Of a stretch of 64,000 nucleotides of DNA, positions 52,465 through 64,000 are shown one piece after another. The DNA comes from Raja brachyura (lineage: Eukaryota), in contig OY740806.1 of assembly GCA_963514005.1 (NCBI GenBank), forward strand, positions 34,472,001 to 34,536,000, read 5' to 3'. Positions within the stretch are counted from its first letter, which is position 1, and each line of letters begins with the position of its first letter. The notes under the pieces were generated by a model. That model was not told the origin of the DNA, searched no databases, and saw only the letters and a program-made list of their open reading frames with translations. Both the position numbers and the translations under genes were made by a program.

Positions 52465-52598
52465 GGTAGAAAGGAACTGCGAATGCTGGTTTAAACCGAA
52501 GATAGACACAAAATGCTGGAGTAACTCAGCGGGACAGGCAGCATCTCTGGAGAGAAGGAATGGGTGGCGTTTTGGGTCGAAACCTTTATTCAGACTGG
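52465..52598 (-). repeat. Penelope terminal repeat (solo)
   Basis: ggaactgcgaatgctggtttaaaccgaagatagacacaaaatgctggagtaactcagcgggacaggcagcatctctggagag. Confidence 0.85.
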
Positions 52599-53229
52599 AG
52601 TACTTGTGTTTCCAGAGATACTGTGGAGAGAGTTGATTTTTTTTTTATAGTGGAGTTTAAGAGATGAGCTTCAGTTGGTCTAAATGCCTGATGTATTCCC
52701 GGACTTTGCTTGTATTGATGCTTCAAAGACAACAAAAGTTAGTATTTAAGAACATAAGAAACGGGGGTAGGCCAATCAGACCCACCATTCGGTAAGATGA
52801 TGGCTGGTTCCATTCTACGACAGTCCGATTCTCTCCCTATATCCCTTCTCTCCCTACAAAGTTCAAACGTTTGTTAAATGTGTCCGTCCTCCATTACTTT
52901 CTAGAACAGAGATCCCACCAATTCCTTCACCAGAGAAATTATCATGAATTTGCTCACTATTTATTTGTTCTCCAATATAAATTTCACTTATTAGGGACCA
53001 GCATTTGCCTTCACTAATCTTTTCCTTTTTGTGTCAGTTTTTACAATTGACTTTTATATTCCCACTCTCATAATTTAGCTTTGCTATCTTAATCAATTTC
53101 TTCTTGTTCCATTGCATGTTCTTAATGTTGCTTGTAAACCAGTGTTCGGTTGCTTATCCTTTTGTATTTTGGGACACTGACCTTGTAGCAAAGCATTTCA
53201 CATTGATTAAATAATACTTTTTAAAGTAA

Positions 53230-53793
53230 AGGGCCTGTCCTACACGCATGCAACTCCATGCGATGAGCGCGACCTAACGTGGTCGCATGAGCCATCCGGC
53301 GTCGCGGGGCCGGTCCCACTTCGATCGCCGGAGCCGTGCGGAATTGTGCGGAGTTCGTCCCGACATCGCGCAGGGGCTCCGAAAAACTGACCATGTTCAA
53401 AAATTCCGCGCTGCAACGGCTTGTCGGCTCGCAGTCGCCTCGACGCATTACACACCGCCTCGACGTCGTGCCTCCGTGAACCTATCTGTAGGTGCCTCCG
53501 TGACCCTCTATGTGTGTGGCTTCGTGGCCCTCTGTGTGTGCACCTCTGTGCCCCTCTCTGTCCTGGCGAACTTACCTTAAGACTTCGCTCCAAGTTCGCC
53601 TCGCTTTGCGCCGCGTTGCGCCACTCACCCGACCTCCGCGCGACCCTCGCTGCCGGTTTGGTCCCGCTTGCTGCATGCAGGCGCATGCTGGTGGGAACGG
53701 CCCTGTACGGGGATCACTCGACCTCCGTGCGGCCCCCGCTTCTAGTTTGATCGCACTCATCGCATGGAGTCGGATGCTGGTAGGACAGGCCCT
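53230..53793. mobile_element. PIF/Harbinger-type MITE B
   Basis: TIRs of about 48 bp starting AGGGCCTGTCCTAC; perfect TAA duplication (53227-53229 and 53794-53796). Confidence 0.9.
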
Positions 53794-53849
53794 TAACAAC
53801 GGAAGATGCAAGAAACAGTCAGACAACATCTGTGGAAAGAGAGGAGTTC

Positions 53850-54120
53850 ATCAGAATCAGAATAAAATGTTATTGGCCAAGTATGTATACAAACAAGGAA
53901 TTTGACTTGGTGCTTTACTCACACATGGTAACAGCACAATATACAGCAGACAATTAAAAATAAAACATTCTAATTTAAACATGTGGAAATAAAGTACCAC
54001 ATTAAAAAATTGCTGCAGACTTTTAGCTGTTTAGTAGAACTACTGCTCGTGGAAATAAGCTGTTTTTCTGTCTGGCTGCGGTGGCTTTAATAGTCCAGAG
54101 TCGCCTCCCAGAGGGAAGTA
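53850..54120 (-). mobile_element. Rex1/Babar LINE 3' end
   Basis: ORF 54023..54262(-) ends VLPSGRRLWTIKATAARQKNSLFPRAVVLLN. Confidence 0.75.
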
Positions 54121-54129
54121 CTAACACAT

Positions 54130-54960
54130 TGGATTGAAGATCCTTCGTCAGAACTAGAAAAGTGAGGAGATATGGCCATTTCAAATATGGACAGGACAAA
54201 GGGAATATCCCCGATAGGATGAGGTCAGGATTGCCATGGAGATATGCTATCTGCAAAGCCACTTGGTTGATAGATTCATGAGGACAGTTGAGGAGAGATA
54301 ATTAAACGAGGGACTTGTAAAAGATGTGAAGTGCAGGTCAGAGCTATTGCAGAATAATAAAACCACAAAGACAATATTTGAAGTGGTCAACACATCAGGT
54401 GTTATGTGTGGATTGAAGAAAAATTGAATTAGTATTACAGAAGAATAACCGACCAGACAAACTATTCTTGAATGCGATGGTGATTCCTGAAGACTTCAAA
54501 GTGCTCAGACAGAAGATGAGGTGCTGTTCCCCATGCTTGCACTGGGCCTTTTGGAATAGTGTAGAAGGTCACAAACAGATGGGATGGAGACTTAAAGCAT
54601 CAGGCAACTGGAAGCTCGGGGACGTGTCCGCAGACTGAATGAAGGTGTTCAGCAAAGTCTGTGTTAGGTTTTCCCAGTGATGATGGGGCCGCGGTGTTGG
54701 CACTGGTTGTAATGCACCAAGATGGAAAAGAAGGAAGTGCATTGCCGCTTCACCTGAGAGGGTTATTTGGATATTGGGAAGTGATGAATCAAAAGAGCTT
54801 ATTGAATTCCCTGTAAATGCATGGGAAGCATGATGATAGAAGTAGAGTAGGAAATATTCATCCAAAAGGACACCAAGTGTTGGAGTATCTCAGCGGGTCA
54901 GGAAGCATCTCTGAAGAACATGGATAGGTGACATTTCGAGTCAAGACGCTTCTTCAGACT
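54130..54960 (-). mobile_element. Degenerate Penelope-like element plus terminal repeat
   Basis: agatgaggtgctgttcc...tgcactgggcc and caggcaactggaagctc are homologous to 38950-39100; terminal repeat at 54865-54960. Confidence 0.6.
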
Positions 54961-57077
54961 TCTTCAGCGTTATACAGCAGTTTTGAAGTTTTTTTTGTGA
55001 CATTTCTTGAGCGCTATGTTTTTGACCAGTAACTACTTTAATTATCTTTGTGAATGTTCCATGAATGTCCACTAGAGAAGATAGATGGGGGCATTAAATT
55101 AATATTGCATCTGCTGGAAGATACCACTTCCAACAGTGCATAATTTCATCAGTGTGTGAATCTCTGCTGCGCCACGTAAACCCACACCCTTCAGTCTCTG
55201 CTCTCCGCTCCTCGTTGCACCATTGCCAATATCTCCAGTATCACTAATCACCCTGCTGTTTTATAACATTAGTTGTCTGTGTACACATTGGAATTTGACA
55301 TTTCGGACTTTTCTAGAGTACAGGCAAATGTCCTTAATGTCATGAGATGTATATGTCTGGAACTTTTTTTAATAATAGTCCAGGCGAGGTTTGTATGTTT
55401 ATCGGTCATGTCGTCAGGGTGAAAATCGGGTTAAATTTTATCTAATCTTGGTTTTTTGTACCCACTTAATAAATTTGCCAGAAATCTGTCCCAGACATAG
55501 ATGGTGCCCCTTTTAAATGTACACATTTGAATAGGAAAAGAAAATTACTTGATATTTGTCACAAATCAGACTCGTTTATTAGCATTGCTTTAGGCTAGAA
55601 ACGAGGCCTAGCAAAGTGAGAAGGCTGCTCTCTCTCTGCTGAAGGTGGGAGTCTAACGCTGATTCCAAACTACCTCATTTTCTGCGTGAATAATCTCCTT
55701 GGGTAATAGAGTATGACTCCAAATTTCCCTGGCTTAAATGCTTTTAGGTTTTTTTCCAGCTCTGTCAAGGGTTTACAAATCCATGCATGCCACTCTGCAG
55801 CTGACAGGCAGACTAAAAGCATTGGGGTCAGCAGGTCATCTGTCTGGGGCTCGGAGTTCACATGTCTTTGGCTTTGATCAGTCGTGGCATATTCTTCAGA
55901 TGCAGCTGCTTGTTGCAGGATATTTTATTTCCTTCCCTTTTAAACGCCTTGACATGCATTGATGTTACAAAATTATTGCGAGGTTCAGCTCTCGAAATAC
56001 GCTGGAAAAATAAAGGCAGATTGGCGTCGACAGCATAGCGCAGTGGAACAGCAGACGAGGGCCTGTGTTTGCACTTAGTTCGTTCTGATGCAGGAATAAA
56101 ATTGCTCTGGGGTTTCATGGAATGCCCTCAGCGAGAGACACGTCTCCGATTTGCCAGTCCTCCAGGATTCACCTGATAGATTTAATACAAGCATTATCCA
56201 TGTGAAAAATCATAAAGGGATTACAAATATTTTCACCATTTTGTTTGGACATTCGGTTCTAAAAGTATTGGAATAGATAGAAGAATTAAGTAAGATCCTG
56301 CATCTATTTGCTTTCTGTGAGGTTTTGTATAGTGGGCTTGTTTGCCTCGTTGCTTATAACTAGATGCTTGGTATAACCTCCAGGAATCGGCCTAACTGGA
56401 GTTAGCAACATTAATAGGCAAGCGATGCTCTTTGCTGGAGCAGATGAGCTTTATGTTAAATTATATTCTCACCTTCCTACATTCAGAGGTGAGAGTAAGC
56501 TAGGATCGGATGGTACAATGTAAAAGTAAGAGTGTCTTTTGTGCAATTAGTACCAATGGGTTAAAATGGCATTGTTAGCAATATGATCATTACAATAAGA
56601 AATCTAAGTTACTTTACCAACATTTCAACCTTATTTCCTTTCTTGGGTTACTGAGCAATACCCCATGCAGTTTCTACTTCCTCACTTGTGCAGAACTTGT
56701 GCATTGGCCCACAGCCCAGGAAGGTCTCACATTCAACCCTCTGAATCTACTGAGTTGCTGGCTTCAACCAACCCATGGAATGGATGCTACAACTTGCCTT
56801 TTAGAGAGAGGAACAGGGAATAAATATCAATCACAATCTTTGAGGGCAGATTGATTTAACATGGATCAGACAACAATGCGTTGATCCGGGTGGGTTTCTC
56901 TCCACTGGTTTTGTGAATGAATATTAGAACGAGAGGTTTGGGCATCAGGAGAATTCTGGATATGGAACCCAAGGGCCTTCCCTCTACTCCCTGTTGTGAG
57001 ACGTGGAGACAAATTGATCACTTACCTTCGATATCTTGTGCACAAATAATTATGACCTATGACAATAACAGTACCTG

Positions 57078-57374
57078 CGGTCGCACGGTGGCGCAGCAGT
57101 AGAGTTGCTGCCTTCCAGCTTCAGAGATCCGAGTTCGATCCTGACTACAGGCGTGCCTGTACAGAATTTGTACATTCTCCCCATGACCGCGAGATCTTCA
57201 GTTTCCTCCCACATTCCGAAGTAGTACAGGTTTGTAGGTTAATTGGCTTGGGACATTGTTTTACAATTTTACCCAGTGCGCGTAGGATAATGTTATTATG
57301 GGGGGTTGCTGGTGGCCCGGATTCGGTGGGCCAATGGGCCTGTTTCCGCACTGTATCGCTAAACTAAACTAAAC
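57078..57374 (+). mobile_element. HE1-like SINE, full length
   Basis: cacggtggcgcagcag A box, gagttcgatcc B box, and tail gggcctgtttccgcactgtatcgc(taaac)3. Confidence 0.88.
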
Positions 57375-58819
57375 TGTAATACCTTCTTGGAAAAGCAGGA
57401 AGCACCAAGAGGTAAACTGTAAGAGAAAACCATTGGATTATGCACTGAGGCTTTTGATATAAACTCTTGGGACCCAAAGCTCCAGACTTGGCATAAACAA
57501 TGAGTAAAATATGAATTCTGTCAGGGTCATGTAAAGAATTCTGCCTTGCCCAGATCCACAGAGTGGTCATATAATAAAGAGAAACTGTAGCCTGGCACTT
57601 AAACCTAACCTCAACACAAGTAAGTTGCATCAGCTGGAGAAGGTTTATTCACTTCCGGCCTTATTTAAGAATGTAAAGGTAGAATGGGAAACTGACAAGC
57701 TTTCATCTGCAATTTTTTTGTTCCACATTTTTGTTACCCGAGTGACCCAGGCTGAAACATTTGCTCCATCTGAGCCACCTTCCATCACTTTCTAAACCCT
57801 AATTGTCTGGACTCATTCCCGAATGGGCCCCACTGCCTTGCAACTTGAAGACAAGACCTTGGGTTGTTTTAATTGAAGCCTTTGTCTCAAGGAGAAGCAC
57901 AAATCAGATGCCAAGGAACAAATTTGATGCCAATTCTTGCAGCCGACAATGTTCCTCGTGCCAATTTAAGATTGAGCATCATCTTGTCAATCCCTACCGC
58001 ATCTCACTCGGTGTCTGATGCCGAACTCATTGCTTAAATGAAGAAAGAATTCACTTTTGTTTCCAAGCATCTTTACAGGCTCCATTTGTCCTGAGATTTT
58101 GTAGAGCATGCAAGTATATATTTTTTAAGTGTGCGGCATTTAGGCTCCTGACTCTGCCGAGCTTGCTGGCGCCAACCAGGTTTGTAGTGTGGATGCTACA
58201 TCTTTGGTGGAAATGAATATCTGTATGTGGTGTTGGAAAAGTTTGGAAATGCAAACAGCAATGTGATAATGAGATGATAACCTGTTAGTGGTTGGTTGAA
58301 GGGAAATAATAAAGCACTATTCTACAGTAAGGCATTTATCACACGGGTATTCTTCAATACCAGGGACCTAACGAGATCCATCTTGTGTGAAAGTTTTTGT
58401 GTTGAACATTATTCATTGTGATAAAGTAGTTGTGAAGTGTGCTGGGTTGCAAACAGTTTAAGCAATATGCATTATGAAGCCTACAGTAATAGGAGTGAAA
58501 TCCTTTGGTATAGTTAATAGCTGGAGGAAGGTCAAGGAGAATTAAAATGTTCTTGTGTCTGAACTGCATTCCGGTTGCAGCCCATTTCCTCAGCTGCCTG
58601 CATTAATAATCACACTGTTTGTGCAGCCAGTTCAGGAGGCCACAGTGTTTTGCTTTTGAACAGCAGAAACCTGTTCACCATGAATAAGAAAAAAATTGGC
58701 CACAGATGTCCCACTCCCTGTTACCATTAGTTCACGTTGAGGAACATTCTGCGTTAGTAGGGAAATGTAAAAGTACTTGTAATCATATCGCACCTCTGGC
58801 TGTAACAAAGTACATTACT

Positions 58820-59030
58820 GCAACAGTATGTTTTGCAGTCTGGGTACTGTTGTAATGGGAGAAACACATTAATGCTTGGCAAGGTCCCACATACAATAAT
58901 CTGATTTTAAGCATTTTTTAAGTTTTATTTTGAAAGAAGATAAATATTGGCCAGGGAACCAGGGAGAATTCTGCCTCCTTCAGAGTACAGCCAGAAATGT
59001 TTTATCAACACCTGAGATAGGGCCTTGAGA
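58820..59030 (-). mobile_element. Deu-domain SINE remnant
   Basis: ctgttgtaatgggagaaacac...caaggtcccaca...gataaatattggccagggaaccagggagaattctgc...cacctgagatagggcc. Confidence 0.55.
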
Positions 59031-59739
59031 CTTCAGATAAAACTTTAATCTCACCTTCAGAGGTGAGAGGAGTCCACGAGCGACTTACTGCATGTTCCTG
59101 CTTTCTGCTGCCTGGGGAATAACCGAGCCTTGTTTTATTATCTCTTCTGCTTCTTTCATTGGTGTGTTTTTCTTTCATGATTATCCATGCAGTCAGTGCT
59201 CAGGAATGTAACATCTTCTCACATTCCTTCCAGTATTGATCTTGCTCTTGGGTCAGGTGTACCGTGCGATATACAGTCGCTCGCTGGATCCTCCCATCAC
59301 CCCCTTCCTCTTTGGTAACCTCAGCCTTATAACCCTTCAAGATCTTCATGCTTCACTAATTCCAACTTCTCGTGCATCCCTGATACTAATTGATCCTCAA
59401 TGGAGCTGAGTGCTTAACTGCCATGAATTCGCTTTGCCTCTCTCCTTTAAAGTACTACTTCAATCCATTTGATCAATCATATTCTCCAACACTAATATCT
59501 CTTAATATGTCTTTGATTCAAATTGTGTTCTGATAAAGCTCCTTTGAGTATTTAACTAAACAGGAGGTTAACATTATTAGAAATACAGTAGATTGAAATA
59601 TTCAATTGTGCAATGGTATTTTATTATCACTTGCACCTGTGTACAGTGAAATTATTTTTTGCATACAGTTCAGTAAAAATCTTGCTGTACAATGGTACAA
59701 TTATATTTAATTTGGAAGAGATTCCACATGAGACTGTCC

Positions 59740-60500
59740 ACTAGGGGCACCGCATGATGGCAGTCTGTCTGTTTTTCTATCTTTTTTAAAATTTTAATTT
59801 GTTTAAAGTCTGTTTTGGAGGATTTTCTTTTAGTATTTCTATGTGGGGGAGGGGGGTAGGCTAAGGAGGAAACCGTTTCCCAGTCACTTCCTGGCGAGGA
59901 TGCAACTATTCTTCGAGTCGCGTCCTCGCCCCCCCCCCCCCCCCCCTCGCGGCCTACCAACTGGATTGGTGCGGCCTTTCCTGCTGGGGACCGGACCAGA
60001 GCTTCAGCAGCGGCGGCGCAGCGCTGGATACATCGCGGAGCGGGCGATGCCTTACCTCGCCGTTTGAAGCTTCGGGCGGCTGCTTCAACATCGTGGAGCT
60101 GTGGTTTGCGGAGCTTCCAGTGCTGGCGGCACTGACCAACATCGTGGAGTCCTGGGACCTTTTGCCGAGGGCCACAAGTGTCAATCTCCACCCAGCCCGG
60201 CCTGTGGACTTCGGGAGCCGCGGTCTTCGGTAGGAAGTGGCCAATTCGGAGGTCCAAGCCGCTGAGGATGTTCTTCCGTTCCGACGTCGGAGTTCCATCA
60301 TCCCAGCGAGAGGGACTGTACGTCGGGCCGCCCGTAGCGGCGACTGCGGATGGCTCAGGAGGCCCCGGCCAAGGGTGAACATCAAAGAACATCAAAGAGG
60401 AGGATTACTGAACTTCAGTGCCTTCCCTCACAGCGAGAAACTTTGATACTGCTGTGTGGGGATGTTTATGTTATAAACTACCGTGTTCTGTGTTTATTTT
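59740..60500 (+). repeat. Unclassified GC/CpG-rich interspersed element
   Basis: Sharp-edged CpG-rich block with internal repeated words (caacatcgtggag twice, ggacttcggg) and a T-rich end; no recognisable protein in its ORFs. Confidence 0.5.
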
Positions 60501-60632
60501 ATTCAAAAATTCTCTTTCGCTCTCTCGCTTGTCAGGGGAGGGGCAGGGAGTGAGGGTTTTTGTTACCAATTATTATCTCGCACCCCCTATTGAAGTTCAT
60601 CAATTGATAAGCAATGAGGTTTTGCTGCCTTA

Positions 60633-60968
60633 TGGGCCTGTCCCACTTACGCAACGTTTTCGGCAACTGCTGGCACCTGTCATAGGTTGCCGAATATTTT
60701 CAACATGTTGAAAATCCAGCGGCGACCAGAATAAGGTACGACTCTTTGGGCGACTACTCACGATCATACAGGCTTCGTGTACCCCGCGACATGTCGCCAG
60801 GGTTGTCGCCTGTATGGTCGTGAGTCGTCTCCTCAGTCGCCCAAAGAATCGTAGCGTCTGTCTGGTCGCCGCTGGATTTTCAACATGTTGAGAATTTTCG
60901 GCGACCTGCTACGACCTATGACGGGTACTGGCAGTCCCCAAAAAAGTCGCGTAAGTGGGACAGGCCCA
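60633..60968. mobile_element. PIF/Harbinger-type MITE C, near-complete palindrome
   Basis: Ends TGGGCCTGTCCCACTTACGC and GCGTAAGTGGGACAGGCCCA; perfect TTA duplication (60630-60632 and 60969-60971). The arms pair almost to the centre at about 60790. Confidence 0.93.
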
Positions 60969-61339
60969 TTAATCTCTAAATCAGAGAGAATGCATTTGAT
61001 ATTTAGAATAAAATGGATGAGTAAAGCTACAGCTTACTCTGCTACCCGTTTTCTTCATTTCCTCTCTTTCCATGAAATTAATACTGAGTGGGCCCTGGTG
61101 TAAGGTGTGACTGTTCACCGCACCCTGCTTATTATTACTAAAACGCTGAGTATTTCACATAAATAAAATGAATACTTGGAAAAAGTCTGGCACCTATTGC
61201 ATAATGTCTTGGATGTCAGCACTTCCCTGAAATGGGAACAAATTGAAGATGATCTTCATAGATTAATGCAGTATTTATATCTCTTGTCCAGAGGAATAAC
61301 TCTACATCCAGTGTGATATTTCCATTTCTGCTCAGATTT

Positions 61340-61692
61340 GTGCACAAAATCTAGGCTGACATTACAGTGCAACACCAAGGGAGTTCCACATTTTCTTGGC
61401 AGTGCTTTTGGACGGCATTTTAAACTAAGGCCTGTTTATCATTTCAGATAGATGTGAACAAAATGCCATGACACTGTTTTAAAGAAGAATATGGGTTTTC
61501 TATTTCAAGACTTGGGTAAAAATAAACCCTTTTAGGTTATCTAATCATTAGTTCATTACAGTTTGTGAAACTTGCTGTGTGTATATTGGCTGCCTTGTTT
61601 CTAACATTTCAGTTTGCTTAAAGTTATTTAATTGGCCGTAAATACTTTGGACATCCGGATGTTAGGAAAGCCGCTTTCAATGCAAGTCTTCT
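61340..61692 (+). mobile_element. Deu-domain SINE (SacSINE1/AmnSINE-like), body to 3' tail
   Basis: atctaggctgacattacagtgcaacaccaagggag...cttgctgtgtgtatattggctgccttgttt...aattggccgtaaatactttggacatcc...aatgcaagtctt. Confidence 0.65.
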
Positions 61693-62039
61693 CATTACTG
61701 ACGCCTTTCCTTTCCTCCCTGGACTTTTTTTTTCTGTGGAGTGAATCCTGTAGGTGAAGGAGGTATTAAAACTGCACCAAACCCATTTCACGTGGAAACA
61801 TATTAGAGTAATTAATGTTTTCATTCATTGCAGTTGGAATATGGATACCTGACACCCTTCTTGGCTTGCCAATGTATGAAATAATGTCATCATTCACACT
61901 GTATCATCTTCTGCCTGTTTCTTTTCTGAACAGTGATGCTCCCTCCCCCACCGCGTTAAACATTTTCCCACATGTCCTTGTTGTTTGCGTTCAGATCAGA
62001 ATGGAATCATCAGCGGCTGAACGCTGCAGTTTTGCATAA

Positions 62040-62780
62040 ACCCGGCTGTCTTGTCTGACCTTTGACTTGACCCTCTTTACAAAGACTTCTTCTCTGAGAG
62101 CCCAGTCTCGAACTGTTCCTTTTGTCCTTGGTCTTTCTCAGCACCTCTGACCCTTATGCAAAATAAAACCTTCTCCATTTCACCCTGGCCTCCTCCTGCA
62201 CTCCCACTGCGAAGAAATACTTTCCTTTCTTAGGTACAAAAGTCTGTTCGATGTCGCAGTTTTACGTGAACCACCAGGGGTTAACTTCGGAACATGAAAA
62301 CATTGGAAGTCACGTGATCTTCTGCTACTAAATGGAACTGAAACCCTCACAGACCCACACACACTCCCATACACTCACATACAACTATCTATGGAGATGG
62401 AGGAGGGACAGGAATTTATTGGAATCATAGAGTTCTTGCAGCTGTGTATATAACCTTGGATATATTTAGACTCCTGGTATCAATACATTATACACCATAG
62501 ATGCTGCTATTAGCATTGGAGCTCCCTGGTACTTTTTTTTCACTTTTTTTTAATGGGTTATGTCAACAAGATTTGGCATTGTGGCCATGATGATAAGGAA
62601 GGACAGCATCAGGCATCTATCATGCGGTCTGCTATCTCTGGGTTAATAGAGAATGCAGTGTTGGTGAAATAGAGTCACAGCGTTTCCTGGCGTCATCTGC
62701 TATCACTTAATGCTTTTTACAACAAAAAAAAATCTACTGCTCTAAGAGTTCAGGTCTAGCGAGGCCTGCAGATAAATTGC
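62040..62780. promoter_or_regulatory. Candidate enhancer or alternative promoter region
   Basis: DR1 TGACCTTTGACTT (62056), TTACGTGAA (62262), GTCACGTGA (62309), and five GATA motifs with RUNX, ETS and E-box sites at 62591-62775, all in non-repeat sequence. Confidence 0.4.
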
Positions 62781-63499
62781 AGTAAATGATCCTGGAGCTG
62801 TCACATCCAGTAGATGAGAGACTTGCAATTATAGTTGCTCTGGTTACCAAGCCTTGCCTGCTGCTTGAATGCTTTCTGCTTTATGAAGTCGGATTTTTTT
62901 TTTTTTTTACAACTTACATTTCTGTGTTCCCTTTCAACGTTTTGAACTGCCTGTTTTATCGTCATTTTTCTCCAGTATTTTCAAGGAAATTTGAACACCA
63001 GGTCTCAAATTGGGATGACTGTCAGGGCCGGTTTTAATAGCATCTTTTGAAAGAGGAAAGGTGTTTCAGGAAAGAATTAAAGAGCATGATTCCTTACCAG
63101 ATGAGGACATATTTACTGTTGGTGGCCGACTGAACGTCAGTTTACCTAAAGGCCAGAAATAGGAGATTAGGAAAACAACGTGGTTACAGGGATGATGGCC
63201 TAGATTTGAACACAGATGAGAGATTTAAAGTCGCGATCCTTTTAGTTCTATGAGCTGTTCCTAATGGAAAAAATGTAAGTTACTTTTTGTAAATTAGCAC
63301 ATTTGGGTTGGAAAAATATTCTTCATTTTGCCTTTGAGCCTCCTGTTCTCTCTTCTTAATAGAGGGTCTTTGTGTAAACTATTCAAATCTAGATTCCAAA
63401 GCAAATATCAATTGAGAACGTATATAGGCCATGACTTTGCAAACTTGCCCGTTCATTCAAAATGTGTGATGGGATCATACTGGGAGGATGGATCAGGCC

Positions 63500-63640
63500 T
63501 CGGTTTGAAGACTTTTCCAAAAGATTGCACCTCTGGCAGCACCCCTTGAATACAATACTGAGATTATCAATCTGATTTATTTATGTACATCAGCCCTTGT
63601 CAAGGGCCTGAAGTGGACTAAGAACGAGAGTGACTACCCC
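63500..63640 (-). mobile_element. Deu-domain SINE remnant
   Basis: ggcctcggtttgaagacttttccaaaagattgcacctctggcagcacccc...aatactgag. Confidence 0.5.
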
Positions 63641-64000
63641 ACAGCTGACACTTCTGACAGAGACCCCGTATGAAGATTGGAATGTGGCGACATAAAGACA
63701 TTCAGTCACATAACACTTCTTTTTCTCAGCATTGTGCAATTTGAAAATCATCTCCAACCTCCACAGTAAACTGTAATATAACAACTTCCAGATTTGGAAA
63801 AATTACTCGCACATGAGTCAACCTTGAGCATCGACCATCATCTTCTGCCGTTTGAGGCAGCAGAAATCTGCAGCAGGGTGATGCCATCCGGTTTGACATC
63901 TGTGGGTGCCCGCCCTAAAATGGGTGCATGGTCCGGGTTGGCGCCAAACTGTGGCGCTGCTGCCGTCTCCGTTTGTTGCCGTTCGCCTGACCACGGGGAG

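Noticed and set aside
53221-53905. Six overlapping ORFs of 75-148 aa
   Set aside because: All lie within or overlap the GC-rich MITE interior; no transposase or Myb motifs.
59670-60395. 241-aa minus-strand ORF
   Set aside because: Lies in a GC-rich repeat-like block where several frames are open; low complexity and no recognisable domain.
62391-62453. Short ORF MEMEEGQEFIGIIEFLQLCI
   Set aside because: Only 20 codons, with no convincing splice donor or recognisable homology.

Overview
Vertebrate, repeat-rich, apparently non-coding DNA. The repeat families point to a cartilaginous fish, probably a skate or ray (inference). No intact protein-coding gene can be supported. Recognisable ORFs in the track are decayed LINE or Penelope fragments, or microsatellite and N-gap artefacts. 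The window holds many 5'-truncated CR1 (HER1-like) LINEs, tRNA-derived HE1-like SINEs, older Deu-domain SINE remnants, and RTE, Rex1/Babar, L2 and L1 fragments. Penelope-like elements and their solo or inverted terminal repeats carry a hammerhead-ribozyme-like core. Three related PIF/Harbinger-type MITEs are present, two with perfect TWA target-site duplications. A GT-rich satellite with assembly gaps spans about 39.3-41.2 kb. The best non-repeat signal is a CpG-rich promoter (about 41.35-42.1 kb) with TATA at -31, an exact Inr and a downstream splice donor, suggesting the first non-coding exon of an unidentified + strand gene. Other candidates are several CNE/enhancer-like islands, a GATA/RUNX/ETS cluster near 62.6 kb, a coding-like island at 30.3-30.55 kb, and a diverged ~280-bp duplication bracketing the promoter. 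All family names and motif calls are by eye and repeat boundaries are approximate.
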